DNA of 56,016 bases, filler included, from Sphacelaria rigidula (Eukaryota): NCBI GenBank assembly GCA_964200075.2. It is 6 parts of 6 records of this genome, joined end to end, with 100 filler letters (N's around TTAATTAATTAA, not from the genome) between each part and the next. Parts side by side here need not be neighbours in the genome. Positions count along the whole stretch, not along the records: positions 18,708 to 27,960 come from CAXNAA020008917.1; positions 28,061 to 37,312 come from CAXNAA020008918.1; positions 37,413 to 46,664 come from CAXNAA020008919.1; 3 more parts are not named here. One strand, written 5' to 3'. The stretch's first letter is position 1. Each line of letters opens with the position of its first letter. This document shows positions 25,773 through 37,575 of the stretch, in pieces. The notes beneath the pieces were generated by a model that saw only the letters and a program-made list of their open reading frames with translations, made no database searches and was not told the DNA's origin. A program made the translations under genes and the position numbers.

Positions 25773-27888
25773 TCAAGGGCTCTCCACCGAGTGTGGATAT
25801 ACAGCGAACCTGTACCGTAAACAAACGTTGATTCTATTTGTCGTGAAGGTGACAGAACCTCGAAGCAGCCATTTAGCATAGCCATCAAAGCCTTTTAGAC
25901 TCAACACCTGTCAAGTTGCTGATCGGGGCAAATTCAATGTCTTGCGATTTTTTCGCATGGCGCTCTTGTGCGAATTCGCTGGCACCAGGGATACAAAAGG
26001 AGCTAGTCAGCCATCACAGGTGTAACTTTGTTTTCCATGTCATCGGTATGCCAAATCAACAACTCCGAAGCGCGTGCCAGTACCTGGAATCCCAAATGTG
26101 CGAGTTAGCCGTTCTCAGTTCCAGTGCCCGGTGGGCTCATTCGCGAATCCATCGAAACCCAGACGAAAGTGACGGGCGCTGGCGGCACAACAAACAACGT
26201 TGTGTCTTTGTAATTATGGTAAAGTACCCGTCATCACCGCGAGACGTTGACTACATATCTTCTCGTGTTCCATACCTGAGTCGCCATTCTGTGGTCCGAC
26301 GCCGGAAACATGGGCCATATCAAGGCTTCTATCTCGCGCATGTGCCGCTGCACCGCTTTGAAACCAGACAGGAACAACTCGCGGAACCTGGTCCGGATGA
26401 AGATAGCGTTTAAAAAGCGGGCGCAGCTTGAGATCAGCTCAAGGCTTTATTCATTCGACTGGCCCAAGTGCCGCGTTTCGCACGCTGAAATTAGACGCCA
26501 AACGTTCACGTCGGCATATACAGACTACGAATGATCATTTCCCAGTCAAAGGGTATCACGACTACGTGATGCTAACCCCAAGCATGGGCCGAATTGGAAG
26601 GTCTGAGCAGGGGCGGTCTACAGCTACGGCCAGATTGGACACGGTTCGACGGCGACGACTGAAGCAGCCCAGCGTGCACGGCACGGGTCGGTTAAAGAAA
26701 CACGGTGCTAATCCACCCAGAATAAGCAAGTATGTGGCAAGGCAATTCAAAAACAAACACAAGAACGGAATGAGGCTGCGGAGCTCGAAACGACCACATC
26801 GGCTTCTGGAGGCTCTGGTCGTTGCTACGACTAGTATTGGTCAGTCAAGTGCCATGGTACTATGAGCAAGTGCATTAATTCTTGTGGTGGACAACGAGCA
26901 CATGACGTTTTTGGGCAGCGAATGAACAAGAGAAAGAGAAACCTCGCATTGAAGCTACGCGAAAATCTTTGCATGCCGTAGGTAGTACAGGGCGACCGAC
27001 CCGATGAACGTAGATTACGTTGGAATCTTTGCTCCTGGCGCTCGCAAATATTTCGCACATGATCTCAATCAAATAAAAACGTCGAGCAGCGGACTAGATC
27101 GACACAGCTGGATACTGCCACGAAAGCAGTCTTGCTTACTGAATCTATTGGTGCCGACATGCGTGCCATTTCGCGCGACTCGGATATAATCTGCAAATGC
27201 TCCTGAAGCAAACAGTCCGAAGTGGCTTGGCGATCACCAATCGCTTGGCACGAACTATCACAGCCGCTAGCCTTCAAGCACTGGATAAAAGCAAGGATGC
27301 TCCACGAGCATAGACGGTCAGGAATTGCGATGAAGGCTCAAGTACGGTAACCTAGCTTACGGAGTATACCACCAGGGGCGAAAAGAAACAGATGTGGTTT
27401 GTCAAAAACTGCAGCGGCCACAACACCGAGAGTCGAGTCGGTGCAAACTTCTTGTCCACAGTTTTCAGTAAACGAGATTTTGAGGCAGTGCGAGGCCATA
27501 TCCATAGAGCATATCAATATTTGCGTTCTAATCGTCCGGATTGATATATTCCTCGACCTCAGTGCCATTTGAGACAAACCCGGCAAAAGGCAGACAGGAA
27601 CCGTGGCGTGTCAGCCAGCGACAAGAGAGTTAAAAAACGTGCCTAATCGTGACCATTGCGCGCGAAAAATCATGGAGAGCCAGAAAACGCTTACAGTCAG
27701 CCCCGCACCCGAAAACACACATACACAGACAACTGGCGATGACATTCGACAAAGAACAGATTAAAAACACGAGTATGGAGGAGAACACCTACTAGGTTTT
27801 GAACAAAAAAGCGGCAAACTCGCTGGCTTCCACTGCTTCCGCGTTGGTGCAACACGAACATCCACGAATGATGCAAGAAACACCAGTA

Positions 27889-27960
27889 GGGGGGGGTGTA
27901 CTCATGATCATGCTTGCCGTAGTCATCAGACCATTGACCTCGCATCCCTACAAAGCCGGG
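27889..27960 (+). repeat. ~65-bp G-tract-flanked dispersed repeat (subtype B) at a contig end
   Basis: Matches 11712-11791 (inverted) and 37511-37575. Confidence 0.85.
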
Positions 27961-28060
27961 NNNNNNNNNNNNNNNNNNNNNNNNNNNNNNNNNNNNNNNN
28001 NNNNTTAATTAATTAANNNNNNNNNNNNNNNNNNNNNNNNNNNNNNNNNNNNNNNNNNNN
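27961..28060. other. Artificial contig linker
   Basis: 44 N + TTAATTAATTAA + 44 N. Confidence 0.99.
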
Positions 28061-28136
28061 CGAAGATTTTAATCCTCCGGGTTCTCATCCTCAATGAAAA
28101 GCACCATCCTCAACATAAATGATCGGCTGTTTCTAC
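28061..28136 (+). repeat. Right end of the foldback family seen at 46166-46598
   Basis: CGAAGATTTTAATCCTCCGGGTTCTCATCCTCAAT aligns with 46524-46559. Confidence 0.65.
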
Positions 28137-28795
28137 GGGGTAAGAAAAGGGACGCCATTTTAGCCCAACGTTAATGTGCGCGTACGTGTTGTGGGGACGA
28201 AAGACGGAAAACCCCCCAAAATTTGCAAGGGAAGTCGGGGGCGGGGCATAAGATTGTCCATGTGAAAGTAAGTTGTCATAACCTTAGGTCAGGAAAAGCA
28301 CTGCAGTCTGTTGTTTTGGAGTTGAAGCTCATCATGTTACTACTGTTGAACCTGATTTTCGAAAATAGTCTGTTCTCGGGATTATTCTCGCCGATGATGT
28401 CATCGAGATGAAGCGCTTCATCATCGTGAGGTCCAAAAGCAGCCATCACGCGCTCTATGTCCGTGTTCTTCATGGGACTTTGGGGGGGAACGCTACCGCG
28501 GCATCGTTCTCTCGGTATCTGCAGAGGAGGAGTTTACTGTCACAACAGTCGAGCAAATCCATAATGATTTTCGCTCGCCACTCCCTGTCACCTGTTGTTG
28601 AGGTTTAAGGAGTCAGCAGTAGCGCCAAGATGAGAGTAGAAGAAGACGTGCGGTGGTGGTAGAGTTTGTATAATGTATAACAACATTTTCGTGAGATAGG
28701 AGGTATTATAGCGCTGATTTGAGAGTGTTTTTTTTTCCCATCAGAATTGGCTTGACTTGGCCAACTTTCCATTCAGTGTGTGCTTTCCTTGCCTT

Positions 28796-28930
28796 CATCA
28801 CTGGCGTGTGCTTACAGCCATATACGTCGATATCCTACTCACGGATATCAAGGACCTCGCGGAGTGGCATTTCGGAACTGAAACCATTTATTCACTGATT
28901 GACCACTTGTCACTCTCAATCGTATCCTCT
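28796..28930 (+). repeat. Dispersed repeat shared with 14874-15050
   Basis: See partner copy. Confidence 0.75.
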
Positions 28931-29131
28931 ACTCTCACTCTCACTCTCACGTTGTTGTATGTGGGTAAAAAAATGATGAAAGCGACGGCAAGCATCGTCA
29001 AGGGGTCCCATCATACGAGCTCTCAGTCATGAACCGTCGCGCGCCCCCCTCCCCCGTCGGAGACTCGTCAGTGACGAAATCATCAATTATTAATTAATTG
29101 TCCTGTTATCCTACCTGTTCCAAAATAATAC

Positions 29132-29168
<37 letters not shown>

Positions 29169-29169
29169 G
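29132..29169. repeat. (TTG)n microsatellite
   Basis: Directly visible. Confidence 0.95.
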
Positions 29170-29278
29170 CCATCATGTTGATGATATTCCAAATTTGATG
29201 CACTCAAGGACCGGGGACTCTCTTGTGCAAAACACACGACTCCCCTATATAACGGCCATTTGGCTATCTCCAAACTTC

Positions 29279-29548
29279 CTCCAGGTGGGTACACTTTTCG
29301 AGCCTCCAGAGGAATTAAACGCCTCCGGAGGGGTGCGCGACCCTCCAGAGGAAATGTTTCGGTTTCCTTTAGAGGGATTAAACGCCTCCGGAGGCTTATT
29401 GTTGCCTCCGGAGGGCCACGCATACCCCCATTTTTCTTCGGAGGGGTGCGCGGCCCTCCGGGTCGGTAGAGTTTGGTTTCCTCTAGAGGGGTGGAAGGCC
29501 TCCGGAGGCTTGTTTTCCCCCTGAAGGGCCGCGCATCCCTCCGGAGGC
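29279..29548. repeat. Cluster of palindromic CCTCCGGAGG motifs
   Basis: Five exact CCTCCGGAGG plus variants (CCTCCAGAGG, CCTTTAGAGG, CCTCTAGAGG, CTTCGGAGG) within ~270 bp. Confidence 0.85.
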
Positions 29549-31280
29549 ATTTTGGGGCGTAGCCGAATGGCCGCGTGTGTGGTATCTGGGGGTAACTCCC
29601 CCTGAAACGGGTGTGCGCTCCCCCCCTCCCCCCCCTTGCTTCCTCAGGCATTGCCCATGATGGGTTGTTTCTCAAACCGATGAGTGAGCCGCGTGGCCCG
29701 CAGTTGGTAGTGCCCCTTCCGCCTTGGTATCCGGAGGAGAAACATCTCTCAACGGTGAAATAGCAAGTCTGGGTTTACAATCTGGTGTGACAATACAATG
29801 CGCGCAATTCTTGTTGCGAACAAAGGGTATGTCATTCTATTATTTTAACATAGAATGTCATGTTATACCTTTTGGTTGCGAAGGATTACTGTTCGGCTCG
29901 CGTGACTTTTCAGTCATCAGTTATCCGCCATCTCCATCACCACCACTCAACCGGAAGTGAATTCTCGCAACAAAGCTCAATTTTATTTTCGGCAAGATGC
30001 ACATGCAGCAACTCTTCACCTCCGCCCCCCCGCTGTCGTGGCATTCGTTTGACAGATCTTTCGAACTCGAATCAAGATCCAGAATCTCATCAACAACAGT
30101 ATCATGATCGCAAGATAATCGCATCGAAATGATGTAAAATCTCCCAAAAGATGTCGCACGGAGATTTCTTTTGAGGTCGCATTCTACAGCAGTAGTAGTA
30201 TTTGTACACCTGACAATTGCGTATTATTGCTTACTTACCTCAGGTACCTTGCTGACATTCCAAACATGGTTCGGTTGCAACAACAACTGCTGTCGTGGTA
30301 CATGTGAACGCTGGAGATTTCCCACCAATTAAACACCATGCCGTTGTAAATAGAGCAAATGGGCGTATTTCTGCAACGTATCGAACGATATGGTTGGGTA
30401 CACCGCGTACTTTTTGGACCAATGGAATCCGGGTTTTTCGCCGTATTATGCTGTACGTTATAGATTTGCCGCTATATACGTCTCAATATGTGTGTGCGTG
30501 GGTGTCGGCATGGAATCCAAAGAACTGTATATAGCCGTGGAACCAGATACTACAACAGTAGCACTGGAGTCCGCCACATTTTTCGATTGTTGACGTGAAG
30601 GGAAATACGATGACTCAGTCAGTCGTATTGTGCAGCATGATAATAATGCATCACGCCCACGGGCCCCGATGGCAATCGGTGCGAGCTTTCTTAGAGACGA
30701 GTGCAACAACAGCAACAGCAACAGCAACAACAACAACGCTACAAACAGTATCATGTAACGTGCATAGAAAAGCATGAGAAAACTCGGTAACGAAAACAAG
30801 AAGGATTCACTCGCGTCTCCGACCACGGGCGTAATTTTTCTCCTACTCTTTTATGTTTATTTTGTATCAAATTCTCGGCGGCAGTATTCTCCCGCGCTAT
30901 TCTAACGCTCTCTCCAGTTTCGATTTTTTTTCGGTTTTTCTTTTACAGTTTCGTGTTTTTCAGTTTCTTCGTGTTTTCGTAGAGTGCTGTACAGTGCATA
31001 TATCCGTCCGCGTCGATCAGATAAATATTATTGTTGTAGCTGATCCAGTTTTCCCCAATAATACTCACAGTTTCTGACCCACCACCGTCACTGCCTTCAC
31101 TCAACAAGGAACTGACTGGCTGTTCAGGGCCGCCGTTCCGAACGTATACCACGGATTCAGATTTTCTAGCTAAGATGCCAAGGCATCAACTGTATGTAAC
31201 TGGTAATCCGCACCGATGTAAAGATACCATATACTTGAGGCAATGACAGCATCGCGAAAAAAATATCCTTCGCCATAATG

Positions 31281-31365
31281 GAGGTATCTCAAACTCGAGA
31301 TTCCCGGTACATTTTACAGTAGTTCACGGATAAAAATATCAGGAACCTCGAGTTTGAGATACCTC
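31281..31365. mobile_element. ~85-bp mini-MITE (copy 2) with perfect 19-bp TIR
   Basis: GAGGTATCTCAAACTCGAG (31281-31299) / CTCGAGTTTGAGATACCTC (31347-31365). Confidence 0.75.
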
Positions 31366-32793
31366 TCACGATATCGGTCTATGACCGACACTAAATGCTG
31401 GTTTTAAACCTGCAGGTGTATACGCATTGACCAGTAGTAGATGTTCAACAGTTGCGTGCAGTCAGTTGGTCTAAAACCTGAAAACCTGCGTATTTAGTTT
31501 ACTGTAGTGGATACGATACACCGACTTTTTGCTCCGCTTGCCTCCGCCTCCTTCATCTACTACTACTGTACAACTGTTGTTGCAATGCTAAGCCAGCTAG
31601 CGAGTGTAAGAGCTATGCGTACAAGTACGTGGCGTGTCTCACCGTTGTGGCACGGTCGTGGCAGGGTCGTGGGCATAGAGAACACCACGTACGTACACCT
31701 ACGTCGTTCGTGGACAACACCATCCTGATATCACCACTACTAGAGTGTCGTGCTCACGCACGTGCTCGCACCAACTGTCATTGATGCTTTTATAGTGGTG
31801 ATGGCGTGCTTTCGTCGTGCGAGTATTTTCCTGATATCTGACGATGATGCGACACGAAGCACGTAAAATGTGGTCGACAGGGCGAGCAGCGAGACAGTGG
31901 GGTTAGTCTCATCTTTCGTGTCTTTTCCAACTTTGCTCAACAATAGAGCCAGTATTTGTCGCGCCTCTTAATCTCCACGGGACAGACGCAAATAAGTTTC
32001 TGCGCTGCCCGATGGGTGGACTATACGGGCTGAAGGGCCCACCAAAAAGCTGGATTTGAAGTTGTCGCTCTTTGAAGTTGTACTTGAAGCTGCCGGTACA
32101 CTTTTGGGCGCGACCTGGCGCGACGGTAATCCTTCAATCTTTTTCATCTCGAGTACAGCGCAAAGATTTTCAGCGGTCGGTACCAAAAATAAGGACCGGC
32201 ACTATTTACTCGAGAATATTCCACGGGGGGGAAGGACCACAAAATCCCATCCGACGTCAATTCTGAAATCAATACAAGAGAAGTTATTGTTGACCCACGT
32301 CACCGTTTTTTCAGCTGTACAGCAAGTATACGAACACGACGATATTGAGGTGGACTTTCCATGTTTTGAATTCGTCTCGTCTCTCCCAAATGATTGTCGT
32401 GCTTTCACCCTACCCTCCCCACTACATCATCGACACCAGTCCCTTTTCTTGCAACCCTCGACTTCATACGCACAACAACAACAGACGCAGTGCGATTCGC
32501 ATCAGCTAGCATCAAGGTGAGCGATCGAAGCATGCGCACGTATACACGACAGACGATTGATGGGTGTAGGCCGAGTGCACCTGTCACTCGCTCGTCCGAT
32601 CTGGTAAACGACACCCCACCATGCGCACAACAAAAAGTAGATGATACTGCGTGTTTGCCGCAACCGTCTGCTGCTTTCGGCTCCCGAGAAAGTAGGCGAG
32701 ATAAATTCGTTGGTGCTCATCATGCTGCACCACAGTCAGGCCCCACCTATACATGGGATCTCTTTTGGGAAAAGGGTATACGTCATGGTAATC

Positions 32794-32941
32794 AGCCGCA
32801 CGCATTAGTGTGAAGAGCACGTAGACTATGTGAGAGGGGCTGCCTTGATCTTTAAAAGGATACTGTATACGTTGTGACAGTTAGCCGCACGCATTAGTGT
32901 AAAGAGCACGTAGACTATGTGAGAGGGACTGCCTTGATCTT
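32794..32941. repeat. Near-identical ~58-bp direct repeat with an 89-bp period
   Basis: AGCCGCACGCATTAGTGT(G/A)AAGAGCACGTAGACTATGTGAGAGGG(G/A)CTGCCTTGATCTT twice. Confidence 0.9.
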
Positions 32942-34086
32942 CCGGCGCGGAATGTGGCGCATGCGTCTGGTTGCGTATTCTGATACACCCCATTCTCGTA
33001 AACCTGAACACGGTCGGCGGCATCAACACTCGAATGCCTTTAACTTTTTGCGCATCGCAGACAGTATATTATTTCGGTATGAACCAGACTAACCTCCCGG
33101 ATTTTGACTGTAAACCCAACCTGCGAACATCAGTTGCAAACCACCACTAACCTCCGCACATCGATTGCAAACCTTACAGAGTAAGAGTCCTTGGGATGAG
33201 AATGACTTGAATCCCCGAATCTCGAGCCAGTCGCTCTTTCTTCTGAAGATAACGCTCGCGCGATAGACTGTAGACTATCCCGCGCCGACGTGGCACGTAC
33301 GCTGCCGCGGGTAGAACCACACCGACGGCCTGAGGCCTGTCACACCTTTCTCTACCGTCTATCTGTGTCGGGCTTGAAACACAACAGAAACTCTCAGATT
33401 GCACCACCGGGCACTCTCATCTTACGGGGGAGTTTTCGGGTTCGCCTTGCAAGATACAGCAGATTTACACGCGCGCAGGGACGCCGTCGGTGGCATGATT
33501 CGACTCTCAGGCGAACGTCGGAACAGATTTATATACGCAGCCTTTTCAGGCTATGTTCAATTAAGTAGTAGATCAAGCAACTGCCTCCTGCAGCAGCACT
33601 TACTAAAACAGGCGCCTTAGAAAGCAAATGACAGGAAAGACGTTCATTGTCAATCAACTGCAATACCACTTTTTTTGTAATACGCAGAGGTGAGGGCTGA
33701 GGAGGCTTGCATGGGAGATCTTTTCACTTCTTTACTTCTGAAAAAATAACTAGCCAACAAAAAATCCGAAGATCTCGGGAAAATCCAACGTAGAAATGAG
33801 CCGCGCGGTTCGTCTTGCGGGGGAAGGGAGTTCGATCAAACCCGCCCGGGATGCAACTCAATGAAGCAAGAGTTTATCCGCACATATTATGCAGACCTAC
33901 TGAGACTGTAGCAATAATAGTACAGACAGTGAGTGGTGAGTGAGAGTGCTCACAGCTGGATGCTTTCCGTAGTTCACTCGAAAATCGAGCGTAGGAGACA
34001 CACCGAAGATGAACGCACGTACAGACAGACGAAGATTCGCAAGCATACCGTGGACAGGCCAGCCATGTTCCGGCATAGTTTCAATT

Positions 34087-34097
34087 ATGATGATGAC

Positions 34098-34142
<45 letters not shown>
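34087..34142. repeat. (GAT)n microsatellite
   Basis: Directly visible. Confidence 0.95.
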
Positions 34143-36040
34143 CCGGTTCAAGATGATAGACGTGGGCTGGATGGAAGATGCCACTAGGCCTCTCCTCTAC
34201 AAATATATACGAAGTATATACATACAGAAGATTTTCGGCGGTTTCTGTCGCCCCGCTAAGTAGACGTGTTGTCGTTCATGGGACAGAGAAGGTCGTTATA
34301 TGTGAAAGGTTCTCGGCGGCTTCTGTCGCCACGCTCAGTAGATCGATTCAAGGTAATCGACAATAATAAATACATGGGAAAAAGAAGGTCGTTCCTCGTC
34401 CAATCCGTATAATAACGTCCAGGAAGGAAACCCCAGCCACCCGTATCACCAAGGCCCTCTCTGCTTTTTCCATTTCCATTTAAGTAGGCGTTCAACACAA
34501 TCCGCAGGTATATATATAGCGTGCTGCATTTTAGTGGCGCTAGGGACGTGCGATAAGCAGGGAGTCTCCAAGTGCATATAACTCCGTCTGGGTGAATCTT
34601 CGAAGACCACATCCGCCGCTGTGTCCAGGTTGTGTTCTCGTCGATGCGCCTAATATTTTTTGCACTTGACAGTCTTACGCCAAAAAAAAAAGTGAGTCAA
34701 CTGCCAAGATGCCCGTATACAAGAATCACACGCACCTCATGTTTTTTTTTAATGGTTTAGCAGGGTTTAGTACTGTATTTTTAGTACAAATCAAGGGTCA
34801 TTTTTGCTTGTGGATTTCTCCGCCGTGTCTGTCCTAACCAGCCTGAAATTTGGCACAGAGGTAGATCACAACACAGACAGCATATTGCCGGATCGGCGGC
34901 ACGTTTTACGTGGTGCGCCAGACGCACGAAGCAAAATACGGATTTTGGGCGGTGCCATCGATACGCCCTCAAAACGCAGTCCCCTCGGCCCAGACTGCGT
35001 GAGACGTCAGTGGATGCATATGATGACACGTAAATACGCTCACTTTCTGCTGGGCGGCTCCTGTCCCGACAAACGAACATCGATCCGTATTGGGTACACT
35101 CTGGATGATATCATTCTACGCGGTACCTATTTTGGTATCGCCTGTAGAGGTGCCCACTTCAGGAGGCACGGCCGTGCAAGCGCTGTCAGTGCTTTTACGC
35201 GCTGAAACTTCGACCACATGTCATGTAGACAACAGACAACAACCCATCCTGAATCTGGGGTTGCGTGGTGTGTGCATACGTATTGGGGCGAAAAGATGTC
35301 GGATTCTGTCCCGTTTTTTTTTCTTTTGGCGTGAGAGTGTTGAACAACAAGCGTATGTATCCAATGCAAAGCCGCGGTAAGGGCGGAGCACAGTTTGCAG
35401 CCAACGTAGAAGTTTGTAGGACACCCTGAGATGAGTTCAGAGGCTTTAGTTTATGAATATTGTTGCCTGTAATCGAAGGGATGCGAATTCATTACCGCCA
35501 CGCCATCGCGAGCTTGCACAATCTCGGAACATTTTCTGGTTCCCTTCATATTTCCCAGACCGTTCGTTTGTAAGAGTCAGTAAACTACTTCAAATGCCGA
35601 CGTCCGCAGATGAAGCCCGTTTTTCCACCATTCGGTTTGCGTATAATAAATAAGTAGATAAATAAATAGATAAATAAAATATTTGAAGGTTGATTGAGGA
35701 TGGATGGTTGGATCGTTGATTGAGGATGGATGGATGGATGGTTGGATAGTATTTTTCGGACAGAGGGGAAGACAATATCATTGGTGTCTGGATGTGTCTT
35801 CGTTCGCTTAGTTTTACGGGTGTCTTTGAGTACCGCCCGCTGCGTACGTACGTAGTACCCCACATTCTCGGAACTTTTTTCGCACCTGCTTCATTTTTGG
35901 GGGCCGTTTCAAATAGCGAGGAAAATATTTTTCGCAGAGATGGATGAAGCCGAAGGCCACCAATACCTGTTGAAAAATTGAAAATCATTCTCTGTATAAT
36001 TTCAACGCTCTATAACGATGGGAGGGACGAAAAAAATGCA

Positions 36041-36297
36041 CGGTTCGGACGAATCATCGCCGGTTCGAATCACCAAATCCACGATTTGTCAGGCCTGATT
36101 GCTCGAAAGAGAGAAAAAAGTCGACCGCTGGTCAAGTAGGTCTCCACGCAACGTTCGCGCCATTTCACGTGCCTGGGCTGCGCGTACCTGGGTTGCAACG
36201 TTGAAAACAAAGCCGAAGGATTCATACGGTACGAATGAACTAGACTAAAATCAAGTAATTTCCGGACGAATCATGAATTCGTCCGATCCTTGAAAAA
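36041..36297 (+). repeat. Copy of the 13917-14246 MITE-like family
   Basis: Collinear CAAATCCACGATT, GCTCGAAAGAGA, GCTGCGCGTACCTG, GTTGAAAACAAAGCC and AGACTAAAATCAAGTAATTTCCGGACGAATCAT. Confidence 0.85.
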
Positions 36298-36392
36298 TGT
36301 GATGCAAAAGATTCTCGTCTGAAACACATACATTCTCGGAACAGTTTAACGTGTGCTCCGTCTCTCGCGCGGTTAAGACTAGATTTTATGGG

Positions 36393-37075
36393 AACGAATC
36401 CCGATTCTGTGGAGACCCCAGTTTCTTCAAAATCGGGGCGACTCATATTTGCGAAACTTAGATCCGTGGGGACCCTTTATTGTCTCACGGATTTGTGAAA
36501 TAGGTCTGTACGCGGGCGGCTATTTACTGCATGATGAGTGTGGTATCGCGTACTACTGGTGAAGTAGTAGTGCAGTGCCGTACATTACCCTGCAAATACA
36601 GCGACAGCAGAGAGTAGGATGGATAGTACAGTGCCGTTCGTTATGGTGCTACAAACGACAGCGCGCTGCAGCATAAAAAATTACCATCATCGCCGCCGGG
36701 TACGGCGTTGCAGCACTTATTATTATCTGCTTGTCAAACCCCGTGCCAAGCTACTACTCCAGCAGCTGCGCGGGCAGGCACGGCCTGCGCTGTCACGAGA
36801 CTGCTTGCTACTGCGGTTGCAAAAATATTTCAAACGCCTGTTGCCCTATCATCGTACTGTACGTCACTGCACGTACGTCACTTCCTACAGATTGGGTGAA
36901 TCTCAACTTTCCCCCCATTTGGGCTCCAAGTCGGGGAAAATCGTTCCCAAATCGTGACATCCCCATTCGAGCTTCCCCGATCTGGTCCGTGTTGGGGTCC
37001 ATAAAATTCGTTTCCGGATTTGAGATCCCCCGATTTGCGCACAGATATCTATCGAGATTGGTGTCTCCGCATAAA
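36393..37075 (+). repeat. Copy of the 15950-16770 repeat
   Basis: See partner copy. Confidence 0.85.
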
Positions 37076-37312
37076 CTATACGAGTACGAGCTGGGCCAGC
37101 TGACAGTGATGTTTGAATGAAGAGCGGAGTGTGATTGGCAATTATTCGAAGAGGTAGGCGCTGAAATTTTGACACGACATTTTCATCATCGACCCGCGCA
37201 ACCCTACTAATAATGGAGTAGAGGGGGGGGGGGGGGGGGGAATAAAAAAGAATGTGGGATTAAAAAAAAAAAAAAAAAAAAAAAAATTTCCTCAAAAAAA
37301 AACAAAAAAAAA

Positions 37313-37412
37313 NNNNNNNNNNNNNNNNNNNNNNNNNNNNNNNNNNNNNNNNNNNNTTAATTAATTAANNNNNNNNNNNNNNNNNNNNNNNNNNNNNNNN
37401 NNNNNNNNNNNN
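37313..37412. other. Artificial contig linker
   Basis: 44 N + TTAATTAATTAA + 44 N. Confidence 0.99.
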
Positions 37413-37435
37413 TGGGGGGAATTGGGGGGGGGGCG

Positions 37436-37575
37436 GGGGGGGGCGTACTCATTTGTTGCTTGCCTTAGTCGTTCGACCGTTGACCACGCATCCCTTTCGA
37501 GACGGAGCAGGTGTACTCATGATCATGCATGCCATAGTCATAAGACCATTGACCTCGCATCCCTACAATTCCGGG
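37436..37575 (+). repeat. Head-to-tail dimer (subtypes A+B) of the ~65-bp G-tract repeat
   Basis: GCGTACTCATTTGTTGCTTGCC...CGCATCCCTTTC followed by GTGTACTCATGATCATGC...CGCATCCCTACAA. Confidence 0.85.

Noticed and set aside
28276..28518. Possible minus-strand exon (MKNTDIERVMAAFGPHDD...)
   Set aside because: It has a plausible acceptor but no convincing donor, partner exon or recognisable domain.
29279..29548. CRISPR-like array (palindromic repeats with spacers)
   Set aside because: The repeats are only 10 bp, the spacers are short and themselves duplicated, there are no cas genes, and the context is eukaryotic.
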